Source: Chlorokybus atmophyticus (Eukaryota; Plantae; Mesostigma and Chlorokybus algae). From it: DNA of 64,000 bases. This document shows positions 23,281 through 34,359 of this stretch, piece after piece. The notes under the pieces were generated by a model. The model was not told the DNA's origin and made no database searches. It saw only the letters and a list, made by a program, of their open reading frames with translations. The DNA lies in NCBI GenBank assembly GCA_009103225.1, contig RHPI01003041.1:31125-95124 (forward strand), read 5' to 3'. Each line of letters begins with the position of its first letter. Position 1 is the stretch's first letter. The position numbers and the translations under genes were made by a program.

Positions 23281-23985
23281 TTACTTCCACGGTGGCATCC
23301 TCCTGCTCCTTGTTGTACGGGGTGGGAGAGGAGTCGACGGTCGACACGGAGCCGTGGCACCAGCAGCGACTTGCGTCCGAGCGCTGTTGTATGTGGCCGT
23401 TGCAGCCTCCCGTGTGCGGGCGTGGCTGCGTGTGGCCACGGCGGCCACTTTGCGTTGGGCGCGCGTGCGCGAGACCAACTCGAGAGGCAGAAAACCCTGC
23501 ACCTCTCCGTCATCCTCATCCCAATGTTGCTGAAACCACGCCCGCTCTGTCCAGCAGTCGAGGCCCATGCCCACAGGGAAGTTGAAGTCCTGCTCAAGCA
23601 AAAAGTCGAAGGAGCCGGCATTGGTGACCACACATTGCTGGATGATCTCGGTTGTGTGGGTTGGGTCCAGCCCTATCAACCGAATGCAAAAGGCCTCTCT
23701 GGTGATTCCCATCACCTTATCTCGGCTACCTGTGGCAGTGTCCAACACGTACGGGCAAGGCACCAAGTCGGAGCTGGTTATGCCGAGGGACCGCGCGAGG
23801 AAGCGCCCGATGATGACAGGCTGTGCTCCGGTGTCCAACATCACTCGCTTGGGTGCCAGGCCGTTAATGGTAACGTGCTTGCCTTGGTTGGCCACCATGG
23901 CAGCATTGGCGCTGATGCGCAGTCTCTCCGTACGAGCTGTCTGCACCTTTGTCTCAGTTCTCTCAGCTGGGGGTGCTGAGCGCAT
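23281..23985 (-). pseudogene. Retroviral-type aspartic protease
   Basis: KRVMLDTGAQPVIIG...FDFLL. Confidence 0.88.
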
Positions 23986-24665
23986 TGCAGCTAGAGCTCA
24001 TCTGCCTGCTGGGTCCGGAGGACCCTCTCCTTGCCCACTCCCTCTGCCGAACCGAACTTGTCGTGGTGGTTGGTAGACACGAGGGGGCCTCGGTGCTGGA
24101 GGTTCCGGCGCCGGTTGTGGTGGCGGCGCAGGTGGATGCTGCCTCTGCGAAGATGGAATCATGCTCGCGGGTGTACCCAATGGTTGTGGAGGAAATCCCG
24201 GAGGACCCGGTGCTTGTGGACCTGCCTCGCGTTCAGCTTGCTGCGCGGTGTACGTCCATTGGACAGCATGAGCCGCTTCTCTGACCAACGTCCCTTCCCA
24301 CGTGGCCGTGAGCTCGGTATCCATGTTGGTCCAGTGATGATATTGAGGCATGGGCTGCAGGTATACGGCGCGTAGTAGCTGTCGCCGCATGTCGTGGGTG
24401 ATGGTGGGGACTCGCAAGATCCCTGCCATGTAGGCATCCCACCTTGTACCACTCCCACATCGGGCACAGTCATGGCGCGCGCGCGTAGGGTGCGCTGGAG
24501 GTCAGTTTGCTGTGCGTGTAGCTCTTGAGCAATGGCGATGCGCCGCTGTCGTGTCGTGCGGCTTCCACCCCTGGCAGCCGCAGCATTGCCTCCTGCACTC
24601 CCTCCAGCGTGTCCGGGACTGTGGTGGCAGCCTCGTCATATGCTTGTCGCAGCGAATGAACGAAT

Positions 24666-25122
24666 TGTTGAAGGTATTACATGGGTGACGCTTGTATCCG
24701 GTCAGCTTGCCCTTTATACAGGAGTCGAGGGTCGAAGGTACTAGGAAGAAGCGCGTAGACTCCAGACTTAGCAAGACGGTCGAGTCATGACGGACTCCGG
24801 ACTAGGCTGCTTGGTAGAGCCTTGGGAGAAATCGCGTAGCTTTGTGGATACGTAAGCTTAGCAGGCGTGGCTTAGCTTGTTGGGAAGCTCTGGTTGTGAG
24901 CTAGACAACGTAGCTTACAGAACAGCAATCGGCTGAGTATAGCGCACGCGGTGCTTGCCAATGTAGACGTGTGGAGAGATTGGCGGGGTATAAAGCCCAG
25001 ACTTGTTGCAATGAAGAAAAGAGGTCACGATGTAGCATGTGTGCGGATGCTATGGCGGCAGTAGCAGTCATGCTCTTGTGCTGATGTTGTTAGCGCGTCA
25101 CTTGCACGTGTCTATGTCAACA
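24666..25122 (+). mobile_element. Copia-family solo LTR (457 bp)
   Basis: TGTTG...CAACA ends. TSD CGAAT at 24661-24665 and 25123-25127. Homologous to the Copia LTR at 2207-2631. Confidence 0.92.
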
Positions 25123-26407
25123 CGAATGCCCCCAACCATGATGCTCGGTTGCCAAAGGCAAACAGGGGGACAGCCGCGGCGCTGCCCTCTCGCATCCCCA
25201 TTATCTGTCTTAATGTGTTGCCCTCAAGCCTGTGCAATACGACTGCTTGTCGAATGTGAGTGCGGTACGGAGTTGTTGCTCCCCCACCATACCAGCTCCT
25301 CCTCGTTGTGTAGTGTCCCCTTGCGGGGTGAGGTACCCCCGCCTTGCATCGCGTTGATCCTCCGGCATGTCTTCGACCAAAGGAGGCAGCAGCGGGGCGA
25401 TTACCCCCCTCAATTGTTGCGCCAACGCCCTCGCTTGGTCTGCAACAGTTGCTTGTTTTGGCTGTGGGATGGCGACTGCCGTGGAGTGCCCTGTGGTCAG
25501 CGCCGTGGAGGCGCTGGCAACCTTTGCCGGCGTTACGGCTGGTACGGCATCGGCATGTGCTGCTTCGTACGCCTGTCGGCGCACGTCCACTTGGGCAGCT
25601 TGGTCCACCCGATAAGGATGTGCCTGTTCGAAGGCAGAGAACCTCTCTCGACGGCTGCCTGGAGTAAGCCCCCGAAGAGTGGGATCGGTGCCTAGCGCGA
25701 TGTCTGACATGGTGACCACGAGGTCTTATATTTTGCGACGCTGGAGTCCGAGTAGGTCCAGTGGTGAGGGCTCGAAGTCGATCTGTTGAGCGGGCTTGGG
25801 TTGCCACGATTGACTGGGTGCGCCCTGCAACCTTGCGTGTAATGCCAAGAACAACTGAATGGCAGCTCTAACACTGCAGGTCGCCGGTAGGTGACCCGGA
25901 AAAGCCGATCCCTCATCTCCAGAGCAATGCCGGCGAGGATTTCATCCTCCAGCTGCTGTTGTGTGGGTTCCGGCAGCGTGTGGTACTCTGGAGGTGGTAG
26001 GGGCAAGATGCGATCATCGCGTGCCACGCGCGTGGTGTGTTGCCCCCCTGATCCGTACGCAATGGTGGTGGGCTCCACGTTGCGTAGAACCGACGCCCAG
26101 ACGCCTTCTGCTTGTGGTCCGCGTGGCACTTGCTGTGTGACATCAAGTGCTCGTGGCGGTGCCGTCCGAACCTCAGGTAGTGGTGCAGTGGGTGTGGCAG
26201 CACTACTTGAGGCGATGGTTGTGGCGCCTGCAGCAGTCGTCGTTACTGAGGTGGCGGCTGTGAGGGTGGCAGCAGTCGCGGCCGACGTGGTCGCTTCAAT
26301 GGAGGCAGGAGTGGTGGATTTACCACCCACGAACCCAACGACCATGGTTGTTGCGGCGTTGGTGCTTTTCATCACCGGGGACAGCGTGGTGCCACGATCT
26401 CAGCACT

Positions 26408-28310
26408 CTAGAGTGCTGGCACCTGCTGTCGTGGTCGGTGTGGATGCCGCGACACATCAGCTTTCTTGCGCGCACGTCTTGATGGTTGTACACGTGACGG
26501 CGTGGGAGTGTCTCTATCCCGTTTTGGTGCCATCAGCGCCCACCTAGCAGCATAGCATGCTTGATAGTCCTGCTCCTTGTTCTCCTCCAACTGTGCCACG
26601 CGCGCCATCAGGGCTGCCACTTGGTCAACAGCTGGTGGATTGGCTGGTGCCTTTACAGCAGCAGATCCAGCGCGAGGACGTCCCTCAGGTCCTTTGTGCT
26701 GTAGAGGGCGGTTTTTCCCTATGTAGCCAGCTTCTTTCTTGCGGGCCCCGGCGTTGTTGCCATTGTTGCGACCACCAGCGTTGTTGCTGTTGTTGTAGCC
26801 GCCAGCGTGGTTGCTGTTGTTGTAACCCCCATTGTTGCCGCGGTAGCCAACAGCGTTGTTGCCGTTGCTGTAGCCAATAGAGGGCCGCAGCTCAGGGAAC
26901 TTGAGCCAGCATACTGTCTCCAAGTGTCCCGTCTTGTGGCAGTAGTTGCACACAAGGTTGCCGTAATCTTCGGTGCACTCCTTTTGGCAGTGGCCATGCC
27001 GACCACACCGGTGACACAGCACTGAAGCGACAAGGGCAGCATGAGCTGACCGTTTATCCTTGTTGTGGATGCCTTGCGGCTCTCGGCTGCGGTCCCGCCG
27101 AAGGGGCTCTGCACTTGTGTGTGCCCTGCCATAGGCCGCGAGGCATTGCGATTGGAATCCAGCACTGCTTTCTCATACACCGCGCGCTTATGGATGGCTT
27201 GTGCAGTCTCGAAAGCTTCCTTGAGGGTGTAGCCGAGGGGCCTGCTGTAGTTCAGCGTCAGGCGCGTCGACTCGCTCAGGGTGGGATCCAACTCGGCCAC
27301 ATACACCACTACTGCCGCCTCCTCACTGACAATCTTGTAGTCAATGTCTTTAAGCAACCCTTCCAACCGCGAATACAGTCGGAGAGGGTCATCGTTGGGC
27401 TTCCGTCGAAAACGCCTCAACTCCTCCACCTTGCTGTTGATCTGAGGTGGGAAGGTGCGCCGGAGTGTGCGGCGTAGAGGTCCTTTAATGGGGAGTCCAA
27501 CATAGCAGCGCCCACCGTAAGCGCGGGTGCACGCAATGCCACTGAGCCGAGGGTGAAAACACTGCCTCCCGCTGAAGCACGCGAGTTCGGTGTTGGTAGC
27601 AGAGGCGTACCCATCTCCAATGCTGCAGCTTGCTGCTCCTCTTGTTGCTCCCTAATGATGGCAGCGGTGCGGTTGAGTATCCTGATCCGGCGCTCGGCCT
27701 TCTTGCCCTCGATCTCCGCAGGAGTCAATGAGGCCACTACCACCTCAACTTTTTCATTCTCTCCCTTTTTCATGGCTGCAGCTAGAGTGAGACCCGTGAC
27801 TGAGGCTGGCGGGGCCGCTGCTACCGGGACAGTAACCGATGGGCTATGCAGTGACGTGGAGGCTATGGTGCTAGCCAACTCGCTATAGCCGTCAATCTTG
27901 TGCGACTCAGCGACGGACTTCCACACATCATGTGCTTTGTGATCAAGGTATTGAGCGGACACATGAAACGATACCTCATCTGTCTAGTCCTTGCTCTTGA
28001 GGGCTTGCTGCCGCATCTTAGAGTGGAACTTGATGATGAACTCGTCAAGTGAGGTGGTGCCAGGACGTCCGGAGAAGCGTAGGGAGTTGGTTGAGCTGGA
28101 AGGCTCCATCTCCTCGTCACTGTCCGACGGTGGTGGAGATTCTCGTTGTCGAGGAGTGGAGTGAGAGGAGGTGAAGCCGGAGACGGGGCGTGAGCCTCTG
28201 CTGCTACACTAATCACTCCCTTCACTTGCGCGCTCGTAGGTAAGGTTGGAGGTTGGGCTCCAGCTGCCGAGGTTCCCTTCTTTCATTAGCGAGACAGGGG
28301 TGGGCCTGCT
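26408..28310 (-). pseudogene. gag with two CCHC zinc knuckles
   Basis: CHRCGRHGHCQKEC and CNYCHKTGHLETVC (26408-27022). Helical gag core 26719-27429. Frameshifted N-terminus. Confidence 0.85.
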
Positions 28311-28520
28311 CATACAGCTGATGCGATGGTGAAAGTGGATGAAGGGTAGAGTGTTTGTGCTCTACAATAAGATCTCCAATGCTGCTATCACCCAACACAC
28401 TAGCGCTTGTGCGCGCTATGCGATGACGGTGACAACAATGCACTGCGATGTGTACGACTACAGATTGCGATGCTGATGTGCAGCCTGCAACTACACTCAC
28501 TTGAGCAAAGAGGGTGACAC

Positions 28521-29133
28521 TGTGAGTCAACAAGCCACTACTATAGGTAGTGCTGTTTACATAGTTCTTTGCATGAGTGGAAGAGAGATTACACTGTTAA
28601 GTGAGGTGAATGAGCAAGCAACACGTGAATGCTATGCCCTGACTGATGCCAACAAGCACACCGCGACCGAGTACACCAAGCTCACAACAAGGACAAGCAC
28701 AGTGCACAGGAGCATGCACAGGCTCTCACACGGTGAAGGGATTCCTGGGAACCGGGACGGCGTGTTTCGTACTGTTCAAGTCGCTTCACAAGCTCTCAGC
28801 TTTCTCACTCACAGTGTCACCAGCTGATCTGGTGAACACTGTGCCTACTTATACAAGTCAACTCATGACTGTCCAGAACATAAGCTAGTGGTCATATCGA
28901 GGCTATTTTTCCACAAGAAATCCCCATCCGATATAGAACCCAACTTATAACTGAACTCACAATTGAACAACTACGCGCGGTGCCTATGTAGGCTATGGTC
29001 ATGAGCTACTCTAAAGACATGACCTAGCTACTGGTCAGTGACGCGCGCGGGTCGCCATGCTGGTAAGCCGGGCGAGGGTCTCGCTGTAGGCATGCCGGAT
29101 GAAGACTGGCATGCCCGGGTGATAGGCATGACA
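28521..29133 (-). repeat. Repeat B, 5'-terminal copy (613 bp) with promoter
   Basis: Starts TGTCATG at the element terminus. Contains TATAAG (28848-28853, minus strand) and a hairpin CACAGTGTCACCAG/CTGGTGAACACTGTG. Confidence 0.93.
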
Positions 29134-31739
29134 AATAGCTCCAGGTGCTTCTGCAATGTCGCTGTACTGTACACCAGGATGTCGTCGAGGTAGACAAGTA
29201 CTCCTTTGCCGAGCAAATCTCGAAAAACCGCATTCATCAGTGATTGAAACGTAGCTGGGGCGTTTGTCATACCAAAGGACAGGACCAACCATTCGTAACG
29301 CCCATACCGAGTGTTGAAAGCAGTCTTTTCAATGTCCTCATCCGCAACTCGTACTTGATGATAAGCACCAGCCAAGTCAATCTTGCTGAAGAATGCAGAT
29401 CCAGACAATTGCTTTAACAATTCAATAATACGTGGCAGAGGGAATCGGTTTTTTTGGGTGATGCGGTTCAAGCCACGGTAGTCAATGCACATTCACAGCT
29501 TGCCATCTTGCTTCCTTGCAAACAGGATCTGTGCACCGTAAGGTGACTTTGAAGGCCGTATCAGATCTCTGTGCAGCAAGTTCTGCACTTGCCGCTCTGC
29601 TTCTGCCACCTCAGCAGGGGACATCTCAAAGACATGGCGATAAGGAGGCTTGTGATCACTAGGAAGCAACTCCACACTATGATCAACATGTCTCCTTGGA
29701 GGTAGACCACTGGGTAGACCTTCAACCAGCACATCAGCGTCAAGTCATGCAACAGCGTCTTCAACTCCGGAGTGCGTGAAGTCTCACCACTTGTCTCCTC
29801 AGCAACGCCATCATACTTGCGTTCCTTGATGACACACAACAAGCCGTCCGTCGCATTGCTGCACACTTGCCTCATAAAGTTCGCAGGGGAGAGGGCACAA
29901 AGTAACGACCCATCATCATGATCTGAATAAGAGCGCCTAAGTCTCAAATGCCTGCCTTCAACTTTGTGACAAGCTCCATTGGTCAAGGATTCACAACGAG
30001 ATGACTGCATGATAGTCTCTGGCTGATCCCTCCTCGGAGCATCAGCAACAGCAGAGACAACAGCAGTGGAATCATTGACAGCATGCGGTGTAGCAGACCG
30101 TACATACCCGCACGGTAGACGCGTGCATTGCTAAACAACCGTCGAGCATGGGCATGTAACAGATAAAGCGTACCGACAAGATGTGTCAACTCCCACAGCT
30201 GAAATGATGGCAGATGAAGAAGGTGTCACAGGGACACACAACGACTTCAATCTCAAGTTAATTGAAGGGTTTTGCAGCTCGAGCCAAGGCATGCCAAGAA
30301 TGCCAACATACTTGCCACGCAACAACGTGCAAGTGAATTGCAGAAAATCACCTGTAGTTGGAGTAAGCTCGACCAATACCCGGTTGCTCAACTCCGACAT
30401 AGCACAACGCCCATCAGGGAACATAACCTTGCCACCAGTAATGCCAGACAGTAAGGAATGTCTCCGAGCAAACTCGATGTCGAGGAAGTTGTGCATCGCG
30501 CCACAATAAACGAGAACTTGACCATCGTGACCTCCAACTTGGGCTTCGAGGATCATCAATCCCGTATGGGCATGCGTGCGCAAATCAACTCCATCGCAAG
30601 CAGATGCAGTGAACAACTCAGCTGTCCGCTCCTCAGGCTGCATCTTAGTCTCAGCAGTAGCCCCAATGTCTATTGAGACTGACCGTTTTCCTGCCGCTTG
30701 ATGCTGATTGTCGCATTCAGATGCTTGGGCTTGAAGGGGAGTACTCCGACAGGTCAACGAGGCTCTTTGCAAGCAGTTAATTTGTGGGACTTGTTTTCAC
30801 AATTCCAGCAAAAAAAACACCACGCGAATGGGTGCCTTTAGTAGCACGCTGAAAGGTTGCAGCAAGAGAAGGAACATCGCCTTCTTCCTCGCTATTAGCA
30901 TCACTACTTGCAGCAGCAGCATATGATTTCACCTCGTAGTGTGATGGTTGACCAGGCCGCAATTGAGAAGGTGGTCGGGATTGACAAAAAGATTGTGGAA
31001 GAAGAGCATCCGCACGCTCCGCTCGCTTGATAGCATCTTGCAGAGTGGCCGGATCAGACTTCTCAACTTCCAGGCGAATGTGTGGCTTGAGCCCACGAAC
31101 AAACTTGTCCAAGCGCTCCTCATCAGTTATGCCGGGAATAAACAGAGCCATGTGCAAGAACTTTTCCGTGTAGACAGCAACGGATGTCAATTGAGTCAAT
31201 GCGTGAAGGCGATCTCGAGCACATTGCTTACTTGTAATGGGAACAAATTGCCTGCGCACTTTTGCAGCATACTCTTCAAAGGTTGACAGCGTTGGAGCAT
31301 CTCCACTTTCCACACGAGACAAATAAGACCTCCACCATGTCAATGCAGCACTTCGCAGATACATGGCCAAAGCAATGACGTGCTGATGCGAGGGGACACG
31401 CGCAAGATCGACGTACTGCCGACAATGAAATAAATACGCATCAACTTTGTCCTCATCTCGCTGACCGTGATAAAAGTCCGGTTTTGCTGGCTTGTACTGA
31501 TGGGAGGATGACGTAATAGAACCTCCAGCACCTTGTGACACTGCAGCAACTTCATCCGAAGAGGTTGCTGAGTGCCCCTCCACCGCACATAGACGCTCCT
31601 CTGCAGCGACCGCGCGTTGGTTGGCAAAATTGGCAGCCTCCTCAGTTACTTGTAAACTCTCCTCATCGGTGGTGAGGCGAGCCATCAAGCTTTGGAGCTG
31701 CTTACTCAGCACCTCGATGCGTTGGGTGTTGTTCACCAT
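29134..31739 (-). pseudogene. Chromovirus gag, protease and RT N-terminal part
   Basis: gag 30777-31739 (KPAKPDFYHG, LRSAALTWW, FVRGLKPHI). Protease LVYCGAMHNF with the catalytic D read as Y. RT CIDYRGLN, FFSKIDLAGAYHQ, VYLDDILVYS. Confidence 0.93.
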
Positions 31740-31817
31740 AGTGGGAAGAGGAAAAGTGTCCGATGCAATAAAGATCGGTATATGTGGCTATTCACCTGAT
31801 AACCACCTGCAAAACTA

Positions 31818-31829
31818 GCTCCGATACCA
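31818..31829 (-). promoter_or_regulatory. PBS TGGTATCGGAGC (3' end of tRNAiMet)
   Basis: Lies 4 nt downstream of the 5' LTR on the minus strand; plant-type iMet PBS. Confidence 0.9.
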
Positions 31830-31833
31830 AAAA

Positions 31834-32483
31834 TTTAACGATGCTTGTGCTGATTGAACACCTCACCAGAGCTACCAGCCTGATGAACGAGCTAGGATGC
31901 AACTGAGCACACTAATGGCGCTATCACACGTGCACCTACTCGCAATCAATCAACAACAGTATTCGCACCGTGGGGTTGAACACCTTGAGGGCAATGTAGG
32001 CACCTCGAAGCTTGTGGGGCAGTCCGGTCCGTGCAAGAGCTGTAGCAAAAGCACACCCACGCGCACACATGCACCGTGGATGCAAACTACACAAGCATGC
32101 GCACACCGTCCACAACAAGAGCAATAACTTAATTTCCACTTGGTCCAATCTCCCTAATAGCAGTATACTAGCTACTTGTATACCTAAGAGGCTTCACTAT
32201 CATTTTAGAAGTCAACTATGTTGATTCCACCGCGAACACATGCTCAAAAACACGTGAATTAGCTGTTTAAACTGCGTCGGCGCATGGAAACTGTCAACGG
32301 TGATCAAATGTCAGCGCATAACGCTCGCGTGACCTTTTTTACGCGCGCCCTTGATGTAGGAATAACCCGGCGACTTGGGACTTTATATAAGCATAACGCG
32401 TCAGGCCTGTTAAACAGGGCTGTTTTGGGGTAAAAGGGCTGGAAATTCAGCTTAAAAGCAAGTGTAATACCAACTTTGTTACA
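31834..32483 (-). repeat. 5' LTR of the chromovirus
   Basis: Direct repeat of 10562-11210, followed by TSD CATGT. Confidence 0.96.
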
Positions 32484-32665
32484 CATGTACTTGTCTCACT
32501 ACTCTTAGTTTGGAGCATATCAGTCAGTTAGGCATTGCTACTTGTATGCTAAGATTTTTGCATGTGGACGTGTACAATAATGGGCAGCTGTCACTGCACA
32601 ACTAAGACCACAATCGAATGTCGAATGCAACATTCAACAATCAATCAGCCGTGTGCCATTAAGCA

Positions 32666-34359
32666 TCAATACAATGCACCACACTCAAGCCTCATATTCC
32701 ATAACATAGGAGGGTAGTCACAGCGCATATCCATTGTTTCAAGCATGAGACTCCCTATGCACTCCGCCATTGCGGGAGGAACTGCATTTGCTATCGTAAC
32801 GGCCGAGGTCATCCATGGCACTCCCAGCGTTGATTGCCATGCAGCTATGCCACCCCTAGTGCTTAGAAGGCCATAGACCGGGTACATTTGCTGTGGCGCG
32901 TTTAATGTCACAATTGTCTTCTTTGTGCTAGCGGACAGGTGCAGCAATAGCAGTTCAACCGCCTTGCCCGCATGCGAGCAGCGTGCTGGTGGGGTAGCTA
33001 CCACTGGCTGTGTCTTAAACAGATAGTGTCGGAAGGTTGGTAGGCCAAACATCGTGCCATAAAGGGACAGATTGGGTCTGAATGAGAAAGCTGCTCCTGG
33101 CACATTCTCAATGACAAACTTGACCTGGTTTGCAAGCAGCACATGTCGGACGAGCGATATCATATTCTGGTGTCTCCAGGATGTGCCATGTGCCGCCCGT
33201 TGAGGTGCCGGGATAGCACCAAATAGGCCTGGCATGGTGGACTGGCCCATATGAGCTCGTACTCGCTCAGCTCTCCTGCACTCAAAATTTATACATCGCG
33301 GTGTATGAAGGGCAGCGGGTACTTATAGGAGGGACTTATATCCATCCCGGTCACGTCAAAGCCTGCGTGATATAGACCGACACTGACACCGCCACCGCCG
33401 CAGAATAGGTCGAGTGCCCTTAGTCTGCGTGTGCGTCCAAGCTTGTTGTCAAATGGCGTGTATGTGGTTAAGGCTGGCCGTGGTGCTGGCCAGGGACTAA
33501 CAATAATGCCGTCCCGGCTTACTTTGCGATTGATATTCTCCCCTCCGGCGCGCAGAACATGGCGTGCCCCGTCAACTGATGTGTACGCGAATACGTTGTG
33601 CCCTTTGAAGTTGATGGTTTGTGGTCGATCGCCTTCATCGAATACCATACGGTGCTGCCCTGCAAAGCCATTTTCCATTGCACCATGCATATATAGTGCG
33701 TCCTCAATCTCGCATGCCAAGAAGCGATGCTGGCCTAACGTTTGCTTGAATGATTCCACAACGCTCGCATACCATTCCCCATCCAGCGGCCAATGCACCA
33801 TGACACTCACACCGATCAGCTACTCGCATCCCAACTCAACTGCGTTTCGCAGCCAATGCAGTGCGCTGTTTAATGGTCGATGGTTTGCCTCCTCCACATC
33901 GGCCAGGGGGTGAAACTGCCCACGCCCACATCGTAGAAGACTGCTATGAATGCAACAACAACTTTAACATGCATGAAACAAGCATATGCCCAACATAACA
34001 TGCAGTGATACGTCGCTGTCCACTCTACCGAATTACCTCCACAGCATCCACTTGTTCACTAACCACATGTCTCGGTGTTGTCTATGTGAAAAGCGCATTG
34101 GTTCCCCTCGCCACTCAAAGCATAAGCGCGAGCACGATTCGTACACGCACTGCACGCAATGGAAAAACTCGGGTTCCTTGCACAGCACTTTGCCGAGGCG
34201 GCAGCTAAACACGTCAACATTGTGTGTGGTGTGATGCCAACAAGCAAGACTCAAACCGTGGCACACTGTCTGCACTCGTTGGCATTCGGTTAGGTGTGCT
34301 CGCATTTGCTGCCTACGGCCATTGGCACATACGTACACATTGCATTGTGGGCACACCAA
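32666..34359 (-). pseudogene. Cys-rich zinc-finger / Tudor / phage-type C5 DNA methyltransferase gene (2 exons, inactivated)
   Basis: Exon 1 (34359-34037) is Cys/His-rich. GT-AG intron 34036-33941 joins in frame. Tudor LIG..VMVHWPLDGEWYASVV...HRMVFDEGD. MTase LDLFCGGGG, WASPPCQAY (about 33225-33250), FVIENVPG, GTMFGL..RH, VPWM..NAVPP. Stops at 33820-33822 and 33289-33291 plus one frameshift. Confidence 0.85.

Larger units (their letters stand above)
12229..29133 (-). mobile_element. Ty3/Gypsy-type retrotransposon with C5 DNA methyltransferase, integrase-PHD finger and split (permuted) direct repeats
   Basis: Ends TGTCA...CGACA. TSD AATA (12225-12228 and 29134-29137). Removing it restores the host RT frame (H-L-E-L-L-K-Q-V). 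Internal order gag, PR, DNMT, RT, RH, INT, PHD, PPT. Confidence 0.92.
10562..32483 (-). mobile_element. Ty3/Gypsy chromovirus (outer element of the nest), RNase H deleted
   Basis: LTRs 31834-32483 and 10562-11210. TSD CATGT at 10557-10561 and 32484-32488. tRNAiMet PBS, PPT, and gag-PR-RT-INT-chromodomain order. Confidence 0.96.

Noticed and set aside
20522-24375. Numerous plus-strand ORFs over the Gypsy pol region
   Set aside because: They are antisense shadows of GC-rich minus-strand coding sequence.
12229-29133. DIRS/PAT/Ngaro tyrosine-recombinase element, suggested by the split repeats
   Set aside because: No tyrosine recombinase motif was seen. The element has a protease, a DDE integrase, a PPT and a TSD.
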